Assembly (NCBI GenBank): GCA_905178155.1
Contig: CAJINV010000003.1
Coordinates: 1,421,557-1,485,556 of the forward strand
Direction of reading: 5' to 3'
Source of the DNA: Amoebophrya sp. A120
Taxonomy: Eukaryota; Protista; Dinoflagellata
Length of the DNA: 64,000 nucleotides
In this document: piece by piece, positions 11,663 to 23,675 of the stretch
How the letters are laid out: each line of letters begins with the position of its first letter
Numbering within the stretch: position 1 is the first letter of the stretch
Notes under the pieces: model-generated
What the model saw: only the letters and a program-made list of their open reading frames with translations
Told to the model about the DNA's origin: nothing
The model's database searches: none
Translations under genes and position numbers: made by a program

Positions 11663-14600
11663 ATGAATCCCGACGAGCTACCGACTGCCCGCTTGGGCAA
11701 CTCGGGGCTGCAGCCCCTGAGGCCCGGGAGTGGCGGAGCTGGCCTGCCACGGATATCTCCCCCAGACACACCGCCAGAATCCGCAAAGTCAACTGCACGA
11801 CAGAGCTTCAACAACCAAGCAACGCCCAAGAAGATAAAATGGGTGCCCCACACCCACTCAAATCCCATGCACGCCCGGTTTTGCTACATGTGCCTGCACG
11901 GAGCGCTGGAAGGAAAAGACGTATAGCGTTTTTCATTTAGCAGCCATAGTAAGTACTTACAGCCAGCAGCTTGCTTCTCCGGTTTGGCTTTTGACTTTTC
12001 TATCTGCCTTCAACTGCATCGCGCCCACGTGGGCTTTGTTTCCCATTATAAAGTTCGCTTATTTTTTTGTTTCCGAAAATAAATTTGTGAAAACAGGAGC
12101 TTATTGCCGAAGAGATAAAAGTGGACGACGACGACCTGCCGTCAGCGGTGGAAATGCGAAATCGCGGATACCTAAACGTGAAGGAGCACGTGAGGCAGCT
12201 TGCCGACTTCCGGAGGAACAACCTGCCGGCCACGTGGCTGCGAGAGATTGTCAAGGAGGTGTACGCGCAAAACAAAAATCTGCTCTTGGAGCTGAACACG
12301 CAGATCGCGCGCGAGGATCCGCGGTCCCCCGTCTGTGGGGGTGGAACCTGGTTCCTGGTGTACGAAGACGAGGAGAAGCGGGACTGGAAAGTCGTGGAGA
12401 GGCTTTTCGAGCTCCTTCCGGACGACCTGCGGCACCTGGACAAAATGTCGGAGCTGCTGACAAAATTTTGCCGCTCGCGACCACTGTTCACGTACAACCC
12501 GCCGCCACCAAAATTGGAGGATTGGTGCAAGGTAACGATCCTCGAGAAGGAGAAGAAGCGGTTGGTGTATACGCCGATGGCAGATCTCTCCGGGCTCCCT
12601 CCCGACACGCAAAAAATGATCGACGACTTGGAAGAGCGAGCAGTGCAAACAGGGTAGATTTTTTCGCGCGTGGCTTATAGTTTTTTCGACTTGGAAGGGC
12701 GATTTTTTCGCGCGTGGCTTATAGTTTTGTATCACTGATGTTGTGCGACTGCGAGTGCGTACCCTGATCAAAAATGGTATGCGCTTTGTTCCTAATGCTT
12801 GTCATTCCCAATCCCATAAGTGCAGGCTCAAATAAGGAGGATCTCCGCGAAACGAACCGTATAAAAACAGGTCAACCGAGGAACTGCTGCCGTGGCCTTC
12901 GACTTTGAGAAGGTTGGGTGACTTCAAGATCATTCCAAGAAAATACACAAACGACGAGATTCCGGCCTACGAGCCGATGGAAGCGCCACTGCCACGAAGA
13001 CCAGACATTCCGAATATCGGGGACCCGTTCCCGCGGCCAAACTGCTACATCCACCATTTTCAGGAAAAAGGAATGCCAGAGTTTGAGGTACCGATGCACA
13101 AACGCAAAGAATGTTGATGTGAAACTGCTTCTGTAGCAAAGGCCGTAGCAAAAGTTCTCCGTGCGTGTAAGTACTTACAGCTAAATTTGATAAATGAACG
13201 GAAGATATAATCATGCATTGTTTGACGATACATTGACAGGTGCCACTCGCAGACCCACAGCAGTTCCCACCGCGGAAAATTGACCTGGAATACATGCACC
13301 CGGCACACAATTATACCATGCGACACTTTCCCATGCAACCTTTCTTGGATCATCCGGTCTGGCCGCCCGTCGAGTTTGTTCAGGAATACGACGAACCTCT
13401 CGCCGCAGGCTTTGAAAAGCAACTGAAGAAGACACGAAAGGTCAAGAGAAAAAAGCTCATCACCCGCGGCATCTGGGAACCAGAGCTGGTTTCCATGCGA
13501 GGGGAGGTGCTGCCACCGTACATGGAGCGCGTGCGAACAGAAAAGCATGCCGGCACGGAGGAGGACTTTGACGAAATGCAAGTCGACGACAGTACTATAG
13601 CAATAATTGCGGATGTCTTTCTTGTTCTACTCTGTCCAGTTTTCTACTTCTCAAAAAACTTTTTTGGTATCCACTGCTAGAAGAATATTGCGCGAGCGAG
13701 CTGATGCTTGGAAGATCCACATTAAACCTCCTCACAGAAGAACAAATTGCCACACCTTCAACTAACAAACAGGCGTTTACGTGACCCTGAAGGGTGGCAC
13801 GCGTCTTGTGCAGGATATGATTTCCATCATTTGCGTTCGGAGTTTCGCCCGCTTTCCGCCAAGCCCGGTGAAGCTGAAGTTTCCGGATTTCTTGAACAAC
13901 ATCGCGACCGTGGACTGGACGAACGAGAACACGATGCTGATCGTGAAACAGCGCCACGAGATTCTGATCAAGGAGATGGAGCGCGAAGAGCGCGAATTCC
14001 GAGAGGCGCAAACCAACGAACAGCAACTCCAGGCCCTGGACATCGACTACGATATGGCCAACCCGCCAGCGGGAGAAGCCGGCGTAGGCAGCCAATTGGG
14101 CGGCGGCCCGAGTCAAGATGAAATCAAGCACGGTATAACTAATTCTAATTGTTGAAGCACGTAGCAATGAATAAGAAGTACGCAATAGCCTCTTCCGCAT
14201 GGGTTTCTTGCAATATTATTCGCCTTAGGATAAAACTTCACCAGCGAACTGGAGCAAACACTATCATGAGGATCACAACTACATGCTTTCATTTCACTCA
14301 TTTTGCCACAGATGACTTCCAAATTATCGACGACGATAACTACCACGAGGATGGTTTGCCGGAAGAGAAGAAAATCGAGCCCATGAGCGAGGCCACGCGA
14401 CAAGAGATCGATCAGCGGGAGCAGGACGCACAGCAGGCCGCCGCCCAGGCGGGCGCCGGGGGAAGCGCGGCGCCCCCCGGGGCGCCAGCAGCACCATCGG
14501 CATCGTCACGAGTTGTGCCGCAGCACGGAGACGGAGCAGACTCCTCTTCTGGCGTCGATCATGGGGACGAGACCTACGCAAGCGGGGCGGGAGTTCAGGT

Positions 14601-16330
14601 ATACTTGTGCAACTGTTCTGAGCTGCGGCTTGATTCATTCTGATTTCACTCGTAAGAACTCGAAGCGTATCTATGTAAGACGTGGGTTTGTGCTGATTGT
14701 TTGTGTTTCAGATCATTCAATACAAGGGTCGGGGCCGTCTTCAGGTGCTGGAATTTGCACTTCCTTCGAAAATTATTGCCTTGTGCTGTGACATTGAATC
14801 TAGGTCACGACAGCGTTTTTTTTACTTTCCACTCTGTTTCTCTTCTACTGCACTTCTTTTGAAATTGATTGTGTCGAGAAAAATGATCACAAAAACAAGA
14901 ATGTCAGGCTCCATCGATGCAGCCAAATTCGATGACGAAGGACCAGCTCGTGTTGCAGCGGCATCAGAAGAGGTTGCAGCAAATGATCGATAAGGACAAG
15001 GAAGAGAAGCGCATCGAACAAATCTTGACGAAAGACAAGTTCCTGGACGTGCTTGCGGGCAAACTGTCCGAGAAGATGTCCGTGAGCGCAGCGCTGACCC
15101 AGGACCCCGCACGAGGGCCGGGTCGCGTCGACACTTCGAGGGAGTTGTGGCACGCCGGGATGGAATTCAATCGTCCGGCCGGGGACTTGACCAGCTACCG
15201 CACGCCGACCGGTTCGCACATGACAAGTATGCAGCAGCCGCCACAACCAAACTTCATCGACGACGACGATATGGCCAAAGTCGAGGGGAACAAACTGCCA
15301 AGATCGTACTTGCTTTTTTCACGCTTCTGTTTTCTTTTTTTTTTGCTTTTACTTGTGCTCGACAGCGCGAATTGATACAGCATGTTTCTAAATCTCCGTC
15401 TTGTACGGCGGTTTTAGCGGTCACTATCACTTCGATGTATAATACCTTTACCTACAACTTCAACAGACTTCGTGGCGACGACGTTGCGGGTCCCACGCCG
15501 GCGTTGGCGAAGAGCAAGATCGCCGATGCGAACACGTATACCGAGGAACGGGCGCGCGGCGACGCGTATGTGCGCATGATCACGAAGCCGGACGAGGAGG
15601 GCGCGAAGAAGCACGCAAAGCCGTACAACCCGATCCTGATGGAACCGGACGACAATTTGGTGCTGGGCGAGCAGTTTCACCTCAAGCAGGGCAAGGAAGA
15701 CGACGTGGAAGAGGATTTCGCCGACCTGGAAGACTCCAACACCATGCTGTTTTCCTTCGTCCGACACAACCGCTACGAGGCGCTACAGTCTCTACTGGAA
15801 CAGGACGCGAGTCTCATTCACGTACTTACTTACTTTCTATCCAGCTTTTAATGTTTGCGAGAGTGGCTGTGGTTGAGAAAAAAGAAAAAGAAAATGCACA
15901 TCGACCACAGAACCATGTAGTAGAGTCGAATTGCCATCGGCTTTAGTACTCTTTTATCTGCACCTCGTCCACACATCAGGCTACCGACGACCGCAAGAAC
16001 ACGCTTCTGCACATTGCCTGCCAGAACAACCACCGGCGGATATCGAAGCTGCTCATTCGTGCCGGCGTCGACATGGACGCACAAAACACGAAGGGAAACA
16101 CCGCGTTGCACTACTGCTACGCCTACAACTTCATGCAGCTCGCCGGGGTGTTGCTTGCCAAGGGTGCGGACGACGGGCTGCTCAACGAGCTCAACCTGCC
16201 CCCCTCGAAGGGGATCGCCCTCCCCGACCCGCACACTGGCTTGGTCAAGCACGAGAAGCAAATCGAAAAAGCGATCCGCGACGGCAACCCGCAGACACTG
16301 GATCCAGCGGAAAACTTGAGGCCGAGGTGA
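11663..16330 (+). CDS. Multi-exon protein with C-terminal ankyrin repeats (start and internal exon limits approximate)
   Basis: GC-rich coding blocks separated by short AT-rich introns. The last exons give LFSFVRHN..NTLLHIACQNN..GNTALHYCYAYN..LLAKGAD. Confidence 0.72.
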
Positions 16331-17557
16331 GCAGCCGCATGATCGTGTTGAGAAAGCGGTTGTACAGTACTAGCGCGGAACAAAAATGTAACTTCGACGG
16401 TCTTGGAAGTAGTCTTGCCATCTCCTCGGGTGTCTCACGACGAGAAAGAGGAGGAACAGGACGGAGTAGACCGAGAAAGTTAGTACCTCGGTCACGGTGG
16501 TGGATGTTGGCATCTTCCTGAGACTTCTTTCCTGGAGGAAACAGGAAGTACAATAGTACAATTCGTCCAGACCACCGTTCTTGTATCAAATTTCCAGTTT
16601 CAAATGTTTCCTGAGAATCTTTCTACTTTCCTGAGAATATTTCCTGAAAATTAGCAACACATCGCTGAAAATCTACTTTCCTGAGAATATTTCCTACTTT
16701 CAAGCAAGATGCTCGCAACGGTGTCGCATCTTCGTACTGCGACAACGATATTGCGAGTAGTGCGGAGCGACGGCTCTGTTTTGTTGAATTTACAGACCTA
16801 GAATTCATCAAACGCTTTTCTTTGCGCAAAGCAAGAAATGAAATTGAGCTTTGTATAATGGAATGAAAGACCACTTGAAACGACCTTTTGTTAACCTGTA
16901 CTGTCTGAAATGTTTCAAACTCAACTGTATGTGCTTTGGTAGGTGTAGCGGTTGGCGGTTATGTACCACACCAGGAAATTTCGTTTGTAGCACGAAAAAG
17001 GAAGGGTTTGTGTTGAAGTCGCAGTATCGATCGTTTCCTGCCGAGGAGCATGGGCCTGATGCATGTTGTCCCAAATGATCTTGATGGAATGAAGGATCCG
17101 AGAACGGTGTCACATTTTCGCAGAATTGACAGGCTTAGATCCGAGTTCCTCGTCCGCTTCAAGGGCAGAGAGGTACAATTGCAGTTTGTAAATGGATTAT
17201 ATGTGAATGTCCGAATCGGTCGCATTTGTCGTGATGAGCAAGTAAAAGATCTCCTTGAAGATCCAAACTCTCGCGGAATGCACCAAAAGTTTCAATTTGA
17301 AGATGGGCGGTTCTAAAATGTTCCTGGCCTGTCGCTAGATCTGACGTGGTTAAGTCCCCGCCAGTTCTTATCGTTCCGACATGGAGGATTTTCTTGCTTC
17401 TCGATAACACCAGCGACAGGCGACTTCTATCTAAAGATTAAGAAAAACGCTCCTTTGTAGACAACACGACGCTATCGAAAACTTACTCGAACAACACACG
17501 ACAGAGGCTAAATTCCATGATGATGTCGTGAGTTGTTACAAAACCTTACAAAGAAAT

Positions 17558-19309
17558 ATGGCAGAGGCAGGCGATTCTTCCGTAGTACTACGTAGTGAGG
17601 ATGCCACCCGACGTCTGGTTCCTGAATTCACGACCTTTCTAGAGAGAAGCGGCATTGAATCCGACCAGTACTACAGAACGTTAAGGAACGCGGCGGTGTC
17701 CCTTCCGCGTCACGTACGCCTGAACCCACGCAGCTCTTGGGTTCAAGGTCTACAAGCGAAGGAAAATAAGGGTGAAAAATGTGGAGTCAAAGGAATGGGC
17801 CGTTCAATGGCGTTCGTCAGCGAAATAAAAGCCTCTCTAACGGAAGCTGCTTTGCAGCGCAAGAACGCCGAGGGTAACAAGAGTTCTGCTAGTTCCGAAT
17901 CGAAGGGGCACGAAGAACGGACAGAAGAGGACGAACGGACAGAAGAAGTCGTGCGTTCGCGAGATGAGGAAAAAAACGGCGGCGCTCCTTTACCAAATCA
18001 AAATGCGAAGCGGCGGAAGTGCGAAGAAGGAGAAGCCAGCGGAGGTCCTCCGGCCGAATCGAGTGTGTCCGACGAAACAGCGATCGAGGTTCGTCCGGTC
18101 TCCTGGCTGCCGGGTTTTTACTCCGTTTTCCCCGCGAAGACCCCACTTCGAACAGCAAGTATCTTTGGCGATGCACACGTGTACGGCTGCGACGCAGCGT
18201 CCGGCGCTGCTGTGCGTGCGCTGCTGGAAGGAGTTGAGATGACGACCAAGGCGGAGCTCATTGATATTAACGAAGTTTTCCCTCCTCGTACGATCCGTGT
18301 CCTAGACCTCTGCTGTGCGCCCGGTACGAAATTCTGTCTCCTTGCCGATGAGCTGTGGACGCGGGCTCTCAACGCGAACATATCGGTGATTGGTGTTGAT
18401 GTGGATGCAGCGCGGTTGAACGCCTGCCACACTGTGGTGGCGAAATATTTCAGCAAGGAGCTCGCAGGCGCCGAGCCTGGTGATGTTAATACACGGAAGC
18501 TTTCCTTGCGTCTCGAGTGTTGCGACGGGCGGGAATTCTTCTTACAACCCAAGGATGGTTGTAGCAGTATCACTGAGCAGTCCAACATAGCTGCGACGAA
18601 GAACGCCAGGAAGAAAGCAAGACGGAGGATGAACGTGGGGGAAACGAAGAAAAACGCATGTAATATAATTCCTTCTGTGCGGGAAAGCGAAAGCGACAGC
18701 CATCACCAACATCAAGGAGAGCAGCAGGGCATCTTTGATTTCGTCTTGGTTGATGCAGAATGTTCGCACGATGGCAGCCTCCGACACGTGGAGAAATTCA
18801 TGAGTAGTTCTTGCGATGTTCTTCAAGACGGGAATAAAGTGAATCATACCGCTGACAACTCAACTTGTTACCCCCCAGCAAGACCAGCGTCTTCTTCTTG
18901 GTGGGACGCGGAGACGTTGACGCAGAAGATGGTGCACGTGCAGAGTGAGGAAGCGTTGCAGGAGCTGCTGGATTTACAAAAGGCTTTGCTCCGGAACGGT
19001 TTTCGCAATTTGAAACCCGGCGGATTGCTACTCTATTCCACCTGTTCGTTCTCCAAACGCCAAAACGAAGACCTGGTCGAGGAGTTTCTGTCAGAGTACG
19101 CGGCCTCCGCAGTGCCGGTTGAACTGTTTTCGTTTGATGCCGGAACAGCGGAAGGTGGGGACGAGAGTGCTACTGCGAAGATCATTCCGTGTGAGTATAC
19201 TGGGGATGATGCAGCTGGACAGCGGCGAACGATGGGGCGATTCAGCCCAGAAAAAAGCAAAACATCAGGATTGTTTCTTGCGAAAATAAAGAAGAAGCTT
19301 ACAATTTGA
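17558..19309 (+). CDS. NOL1/NOP2/Sun (NSUN) family RNA m5C methyltransferase
   Basis: VLDLCCAPGTK, VLVDAECSHDG, LKPGGLLLYSTCS..QNE, GLFLAKIKK motifs. Confidence 0.9.
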   Translation: MAEAGDSSVVLRSEDATRRLVPEFTTFLERSGIESDQYYRTLRNAAVSLPRHVRLNPRSSWVQGLQAKENKGEKCGVKGMGRSMAFVSEIKASLTEAALQRKNAEGNKSSASSESKGHEERTEEDERTEEVVRSRDEEKNGGAPLPNQNAKRRKCEEGEASGGPPAESSVSDETAIEVRPVSWLPGFYSVFPAKTPLRTASIFGDAHVYGCDAASGAAVRALLEGVEMTTKAELIDINEVFPPRTIRVLDLCCAPGTKFCLLADELWTRALNANISVIGVDVDAARLNACHTVVAKYFSKELAGAEPGDVNTRKLSLRLECCDGREFFLQPKDGCSSITEQSNIAATKNARKKARRRMNVGETKKNACNIIPSVRESESDSHHQHQGEQQGIFDFVLVDAECSHDGSLRHVEKFMSSSCDVLQDGNKVNHTADNSTCYPPARPASSSWWDAETLTQKMVHVQSEEALQELLDLQKALLRNGFRNLKPGGLLLYSTCSFSKRQNEDLVEEFLSEYAASAVPVELFSFDAGTAEGGDESATAKIIPCEYTGDDAAGQRRTMGRFSPEKSKTSGLFLAKIKKKLTI

Positions 19310-19922
19310 GCATGATTTTCTTCGCGAGCCATTTGCTAGCATCACAAATTCAGCGACATTCATAAGCACCACATGGAACAAACAAGTATCCTTTTTCTCA
19401 CTTGATGAACATGAGGCAGATTTTCAATGCCATTTTCGTTGATGCTGCACGTGTTTTGTTTACGAAGCTCGTTTGTCGGTTTTGCAGTTTTGAAGCTCGT
19501 CGGTGCTCTTTGTTGCTGTTTGTACTGTAATATCCCACCGAACAAGAAGGGGTTTGACTCACGTGTGAATCGTTTTGGTTATTTGGGCTGTCCGACTTTT
19601 TACATCGGTCCTGCTGGCTGGTTGCATCCGCATCGGTGGAAGGGTGGCGCGCCGACGTGCCGTTCTCTTGGGGGAGGGTTACTTCGAGTTGTTGCTTTAA
19701 GAAAAGGCAAAACAGAATCCTGGTTTTTTCGAAACATGCAAAAGTCGGAAACGGTAGCGACGCAAAGGAGGCTTCTATATGAGTAGTTTCAAACTGGTCA
19801 ATGTGATTCTTCTTTCTTCATTCCGGAGCGTGTCAATCTCATTAGTACATTATAGTCAAAGGCCTTCGGCGTCTGCTAAAACATACATCGCGTGTGTTCA
19901 TTTTTCACTCATTCGTTTTGGA

Positions 19923-21858
19923 ATGGGGCAAGACGATAAGACTCCAGCGGATCTTAAGAATGAACAAAATCTTGTCCCCTCAACCAGTGAATTCACCGCT
20001 CCCGTTCATCCCAGGTCGGGAAATTCCAGCGGTGGAAATGCGGGTTTTACGGAAACGGGCGACGAAGCGACTGAGTGCGGTGGCGCACCACCCGTTGCGG
20101 CCTTCCGGCTGGAGAGAGTCCCGGGACGAGGCGTCGGCGCAGTCGCTATTCGTGCCATTCCGCGGGGCGAGCTGGTAATCGCGGAGACCCCAGCAATCCG
20201 CATTAGTGGGAAGGAGATTGCCGACGGCACGCTCCGGGAGGAACTGGCGGAACAGAAATACAGGCGATTGAAAGATGAGCCGAAGCAACGCTCCGGGGTG
20301 GCGGACAAGTACAAGATGCGCGAGGATATTAGTTCCAAAGCAGCTACAACAACATCATGTGCCCCCACGCGCGAAGATTCTGACGCGCGCTCGACGTATC
20401 GTGTGATATCGGCACAGCAATGTGAGAACCTCGAGGAATACTTTCCTACGGAGTGGTCTGTTGCGGAGAAAGTCTGGAGCATGTTCGATATGCACGAGGA
20501 GGAACATAATTGCCACGGTGCGTCTAGTGCAGCCAGGCGGAACGAAGATTATGGGGCTACTATTACAGGAGCACTCGCGGCGCGCGAGCACGAGCCGTCG
20601 GGCGTCAAGTCTGCTGCTGGTATCTTCCAATCGAATGCCTACAGCTTCGATTCAGGCCACGCTGTTTTTAGCAACCGAGACACCGGGAACGCGCAATGGG
20701 GACTGTATCCTTTAACGGCGAAACTGAACCACAGTTGCCGCCCGAATGTGGCTTTCTGTACGACATCGGATGTTGAAGGATGATGGTGTTTTGTTTTTCC
20801 ATAAGTAGGTGCAGCGTATCTATTTCTGTGTATACCACGACGTTCATGTGGAAGTAGATGGCAGCACGTTTTGTACTAGAATTCAAACTTCCACCACATC
20901 ACGAGTAGACTATGGTTGATGTATGGGCACGACTAGTACTACACGAAGATGCTGCACCAACAGCACTACATTCTTGACGAGTCGTTCAACATAGATGTGA
21001 TTTTTGATTTGCATATCCCCCCACGACTTCAAGAAGGATTGGGTGATGCGCACGTTCGCGTCCCGCGACATTCAGGCCGGTGAGGAGATCTGCCACTGCT
21101 ACAGTCGTGAAATTTGTTTCCAGCCGCGGGCGGCTAGGCAAAAGTATTTCGAGGAACAGTTTGGGTTTCACTGCGAGTGCGAGGCGTGCACCAAAGGACA
21201 CGCACCTTCATCACCTGTCGGCACACGTAGAACTGTAGCATCACCTCCAACTACCGAGACGAACATCAATCCGGATTCTGCTTCTATCGGTCAAGAACCG
21301 CGTTGTACCAGCGAGAGGCGTACTACAAGACAAAATCCTCATCCATTCAAAATTTCGGACGAACAGCGGGCGCGAGCCAAACAGGTGGAGCAGCAGCTGG
21401 TTTTTCTGGCGAACCAGAACAACTCGGATGATCCGCGGAGTCCGGCCTCATCATCATCTCCGGGAGACGACATTAAGGCGCCGGCCTCCACGTCGCGGAA
21501 GAAGAAGAACAGCAATAAGTTTTTCCCCGCGTTCTCGCCGCGCGTGCGCAACAAGGGAGCAGCTGGTGCTGGAGGTAAGCAGGGCGACGATCCTTTAACG
21601 TACCTACAAACCATCGAGGAGTATCTTTCTCTGTTGCGTGCAGAGGGCCTCGACCGGCCGGAGCATTACTTGGAGTTGGGTGCCATTGCCTTCGACATCA
21701 CCGCCGTAGCGTTGCAGGACCTGGCGCAGGCGGAGAAATGGGCGGACTGCTGTGCGGAGAATGCCTGCATCATGCTCGGGAACGACTCGGACCACGCAGT
21801 CGTAAAAAAATGGCAGAAGAAAAAGCAAAACTTGTTGCTTCATGCAAGGATGATTTGA
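19923..21858 (+). CDS. SET-domain (SMYD-like) lysine methyltransferase, two exons (approx. 19923-20757 and 21023-21858)
   Basis: GRGVGAVA.RAI.RGE, KLNHSCRPNV, ASRDIQAGEEICHCY, post-SET FGFHCECEAC. Confidence 0.88.
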
Positions 21859-22362
21859 GCGGGAGCAGGAGCGAAGGTTGCTGTTCGTGTACGATATTAG
21901 GGCAAGAAGTTTGCTGGGAAAATGAGGAAAAGTTTTGAACTTTTGTACTATTCCGGTACTGGTGGTGCTGGTGTTTCAAAAATAATGTACAAACTCTGTA
22001 TGATTGGACTTGGAGTATCTGCTTTCAAAGTCTAGTGGCCTTTGATGTTGCAGGGCCGACATTTTTCGCGAAGATGTGGAAATGGTAAAAGTGGTGGATA
22101 ATTGGAATTCCGCAGCAAAGCCGATTCTGATTTGCACCAAGATGCTGGTTCAATTGGGAGCTTGTTTCCGGATGTTCCCAACTTGTTTTTGTGCCCTTGA
22201 TGATGACGCGATCGGGCAGAAATCGTCTTGATGAAAGCAGAAATCGTTGTTTGGGCAGAGAGTCGATTTCAACATTTTTTGACTAAACTTAAGAGGGAGG
22301 AGAAGTAAAGAACGAAATAACAGCAAGCTGCACCTGCTGCAACAAAGCTATTTCTTAGCAGA

Positions 22363-22965
22363 ATGACGTTAAGTTCGGCGCTCGCAGGATGCTGGAAATC
22401 GACGACGAGTGTGTGTTGCTTGAGAACTTGTGGATCACCAGGATCCATGCGCGGACCGCCACCGGGATTTTCACTTGTCGGCGTGCTTGCACCATTGTCA
22501 AGAAATGGAACAACGGTGTTGCATGCTCCTGTACTAGGCGGGGACGCTACTGGTTCGAGCTCGACTCCATCATGGCTAAAAATTGCAGCGTCGCGCAGTC
22601 TCTTCACGCTTTCTCCAGCGCGTTGGTGGGGCAAACGGCCGACGCGATACAGCAAGCTCCAGCGTGAGGTCAAAACCGAGTACCCGCCAAAAAGGCGGTC
22701 GAAAGTCTGTCGACTACCGATTCACAGCAAACTGTGCTTTGTCACGGACGGGTGGTATTACAAGGAGGACGAGCAGTTTAACACGCCTATCCTTTGCTTC
22801 GCGAAAGCCCAAACCCACTCGCAGCTAGACCACTTAACGGAAAAAGAATGTTACAAACTGGTCGAAATGGTGCCCGAGCTGCTGAAGGAGTTTGAACGTT
22901 GTGAAAAGGAACTGCCCGAGTACGAAGCTGCAGACAAAAGCAGGTGCTTGCCACTGGTGCTGTAA
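22363..22965 (+). CDS. Probable coding exon(s) of unknown function, possibly the 5' part of the next gene
   Basis: The 3' half (about 22620-22943) has coding-like composition and ends at CAG|GT; no recognised domain. Confidence 0.35.
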   Translation: MTLSSALAGCWKSTTSVCCLRTCGSPGSMRGPPPGFSLVGVLAPLSRNGTTVLHAPVLGGDATGSSSTPSWLKIAASRSLFTLSPARWWGKRPTRYSKLQREVKTEYPPKRRSKVCRLPIHSKLCFVTDGWYYKEDEQFNTPILCFAKAQTHSQLDHLTEKECYKLVEMVPELLKEFERCEKELPEYEAADKSRCLPLVL

Positions 22966-23675
22966 AATGAATTCGAATGAGAATGAACAATACTATGGCG
23001 ACGTTGTGCAGCTGTGTATCTTCGGGGTCAACAACATCCGTTGCTACCCTTCCATTGCGATGAAAAAAGTGTGCAGTCTTGCATGCGCAGTTCGCAAGTT
23101 CGGCTCGCTTTCTTGCTGTCATTTGGTAATCATCGGGCGTATTCGTGCTCGAAGTCGTGGAACTACAAATACAATACCAAGCAAGCAATAGCAAGAAGCC
23201 GATTCGTAGAATCTTTGATCGCCGTCAGCTATGCTTGTGGTCGTTCTCTGAAAATATCTTGACGCTGCTTGTGATTGATGCCGTTTTCGTCCGTGTAAAA
23301 AAGATCATCGTGCCTCCTCCGTGCTACAAGACATTCTACGTTCGAATCTGAAATAACTGCCTCCTCCGTATCGTTCACAATTCATGTCGTGGTTTACATT
23401 CTCACGTGCTGGCGTATCGTGATTCGTTGGAAGTCAAATAGCATTGGTTTCAGAAATAAGCACTTCGTCAACCATTATTGACAAACAGTTTTCTCATCTC
23501 GAATGAATACTTACCCTGTTTTCCTTTTACGTGAAGTATCATAGTTAATATCCCACGTTGACCCCTAACAATAACTCACTTCTATCGTGAAACCGGTTTA
23601 TTATAGGCGGCCCTTTTTTTGCTGAGGCCGGAGCTAAAAAACAGGTTTTTATTTCGGCTCGGTCATATTAAGTAG

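Noticed and set aside
16605-16700. TTTCCTGAGAAT short repeats (and the 20-bp tandem duplication at about 6640-6679)
   Set aside because: Local slippage-type duplications with no further structure.
17050-17316. 88-aa ORF as a gene
   Set aside because: No recognisable motif or clear exon structure; it cannot be supported from sequence alone.
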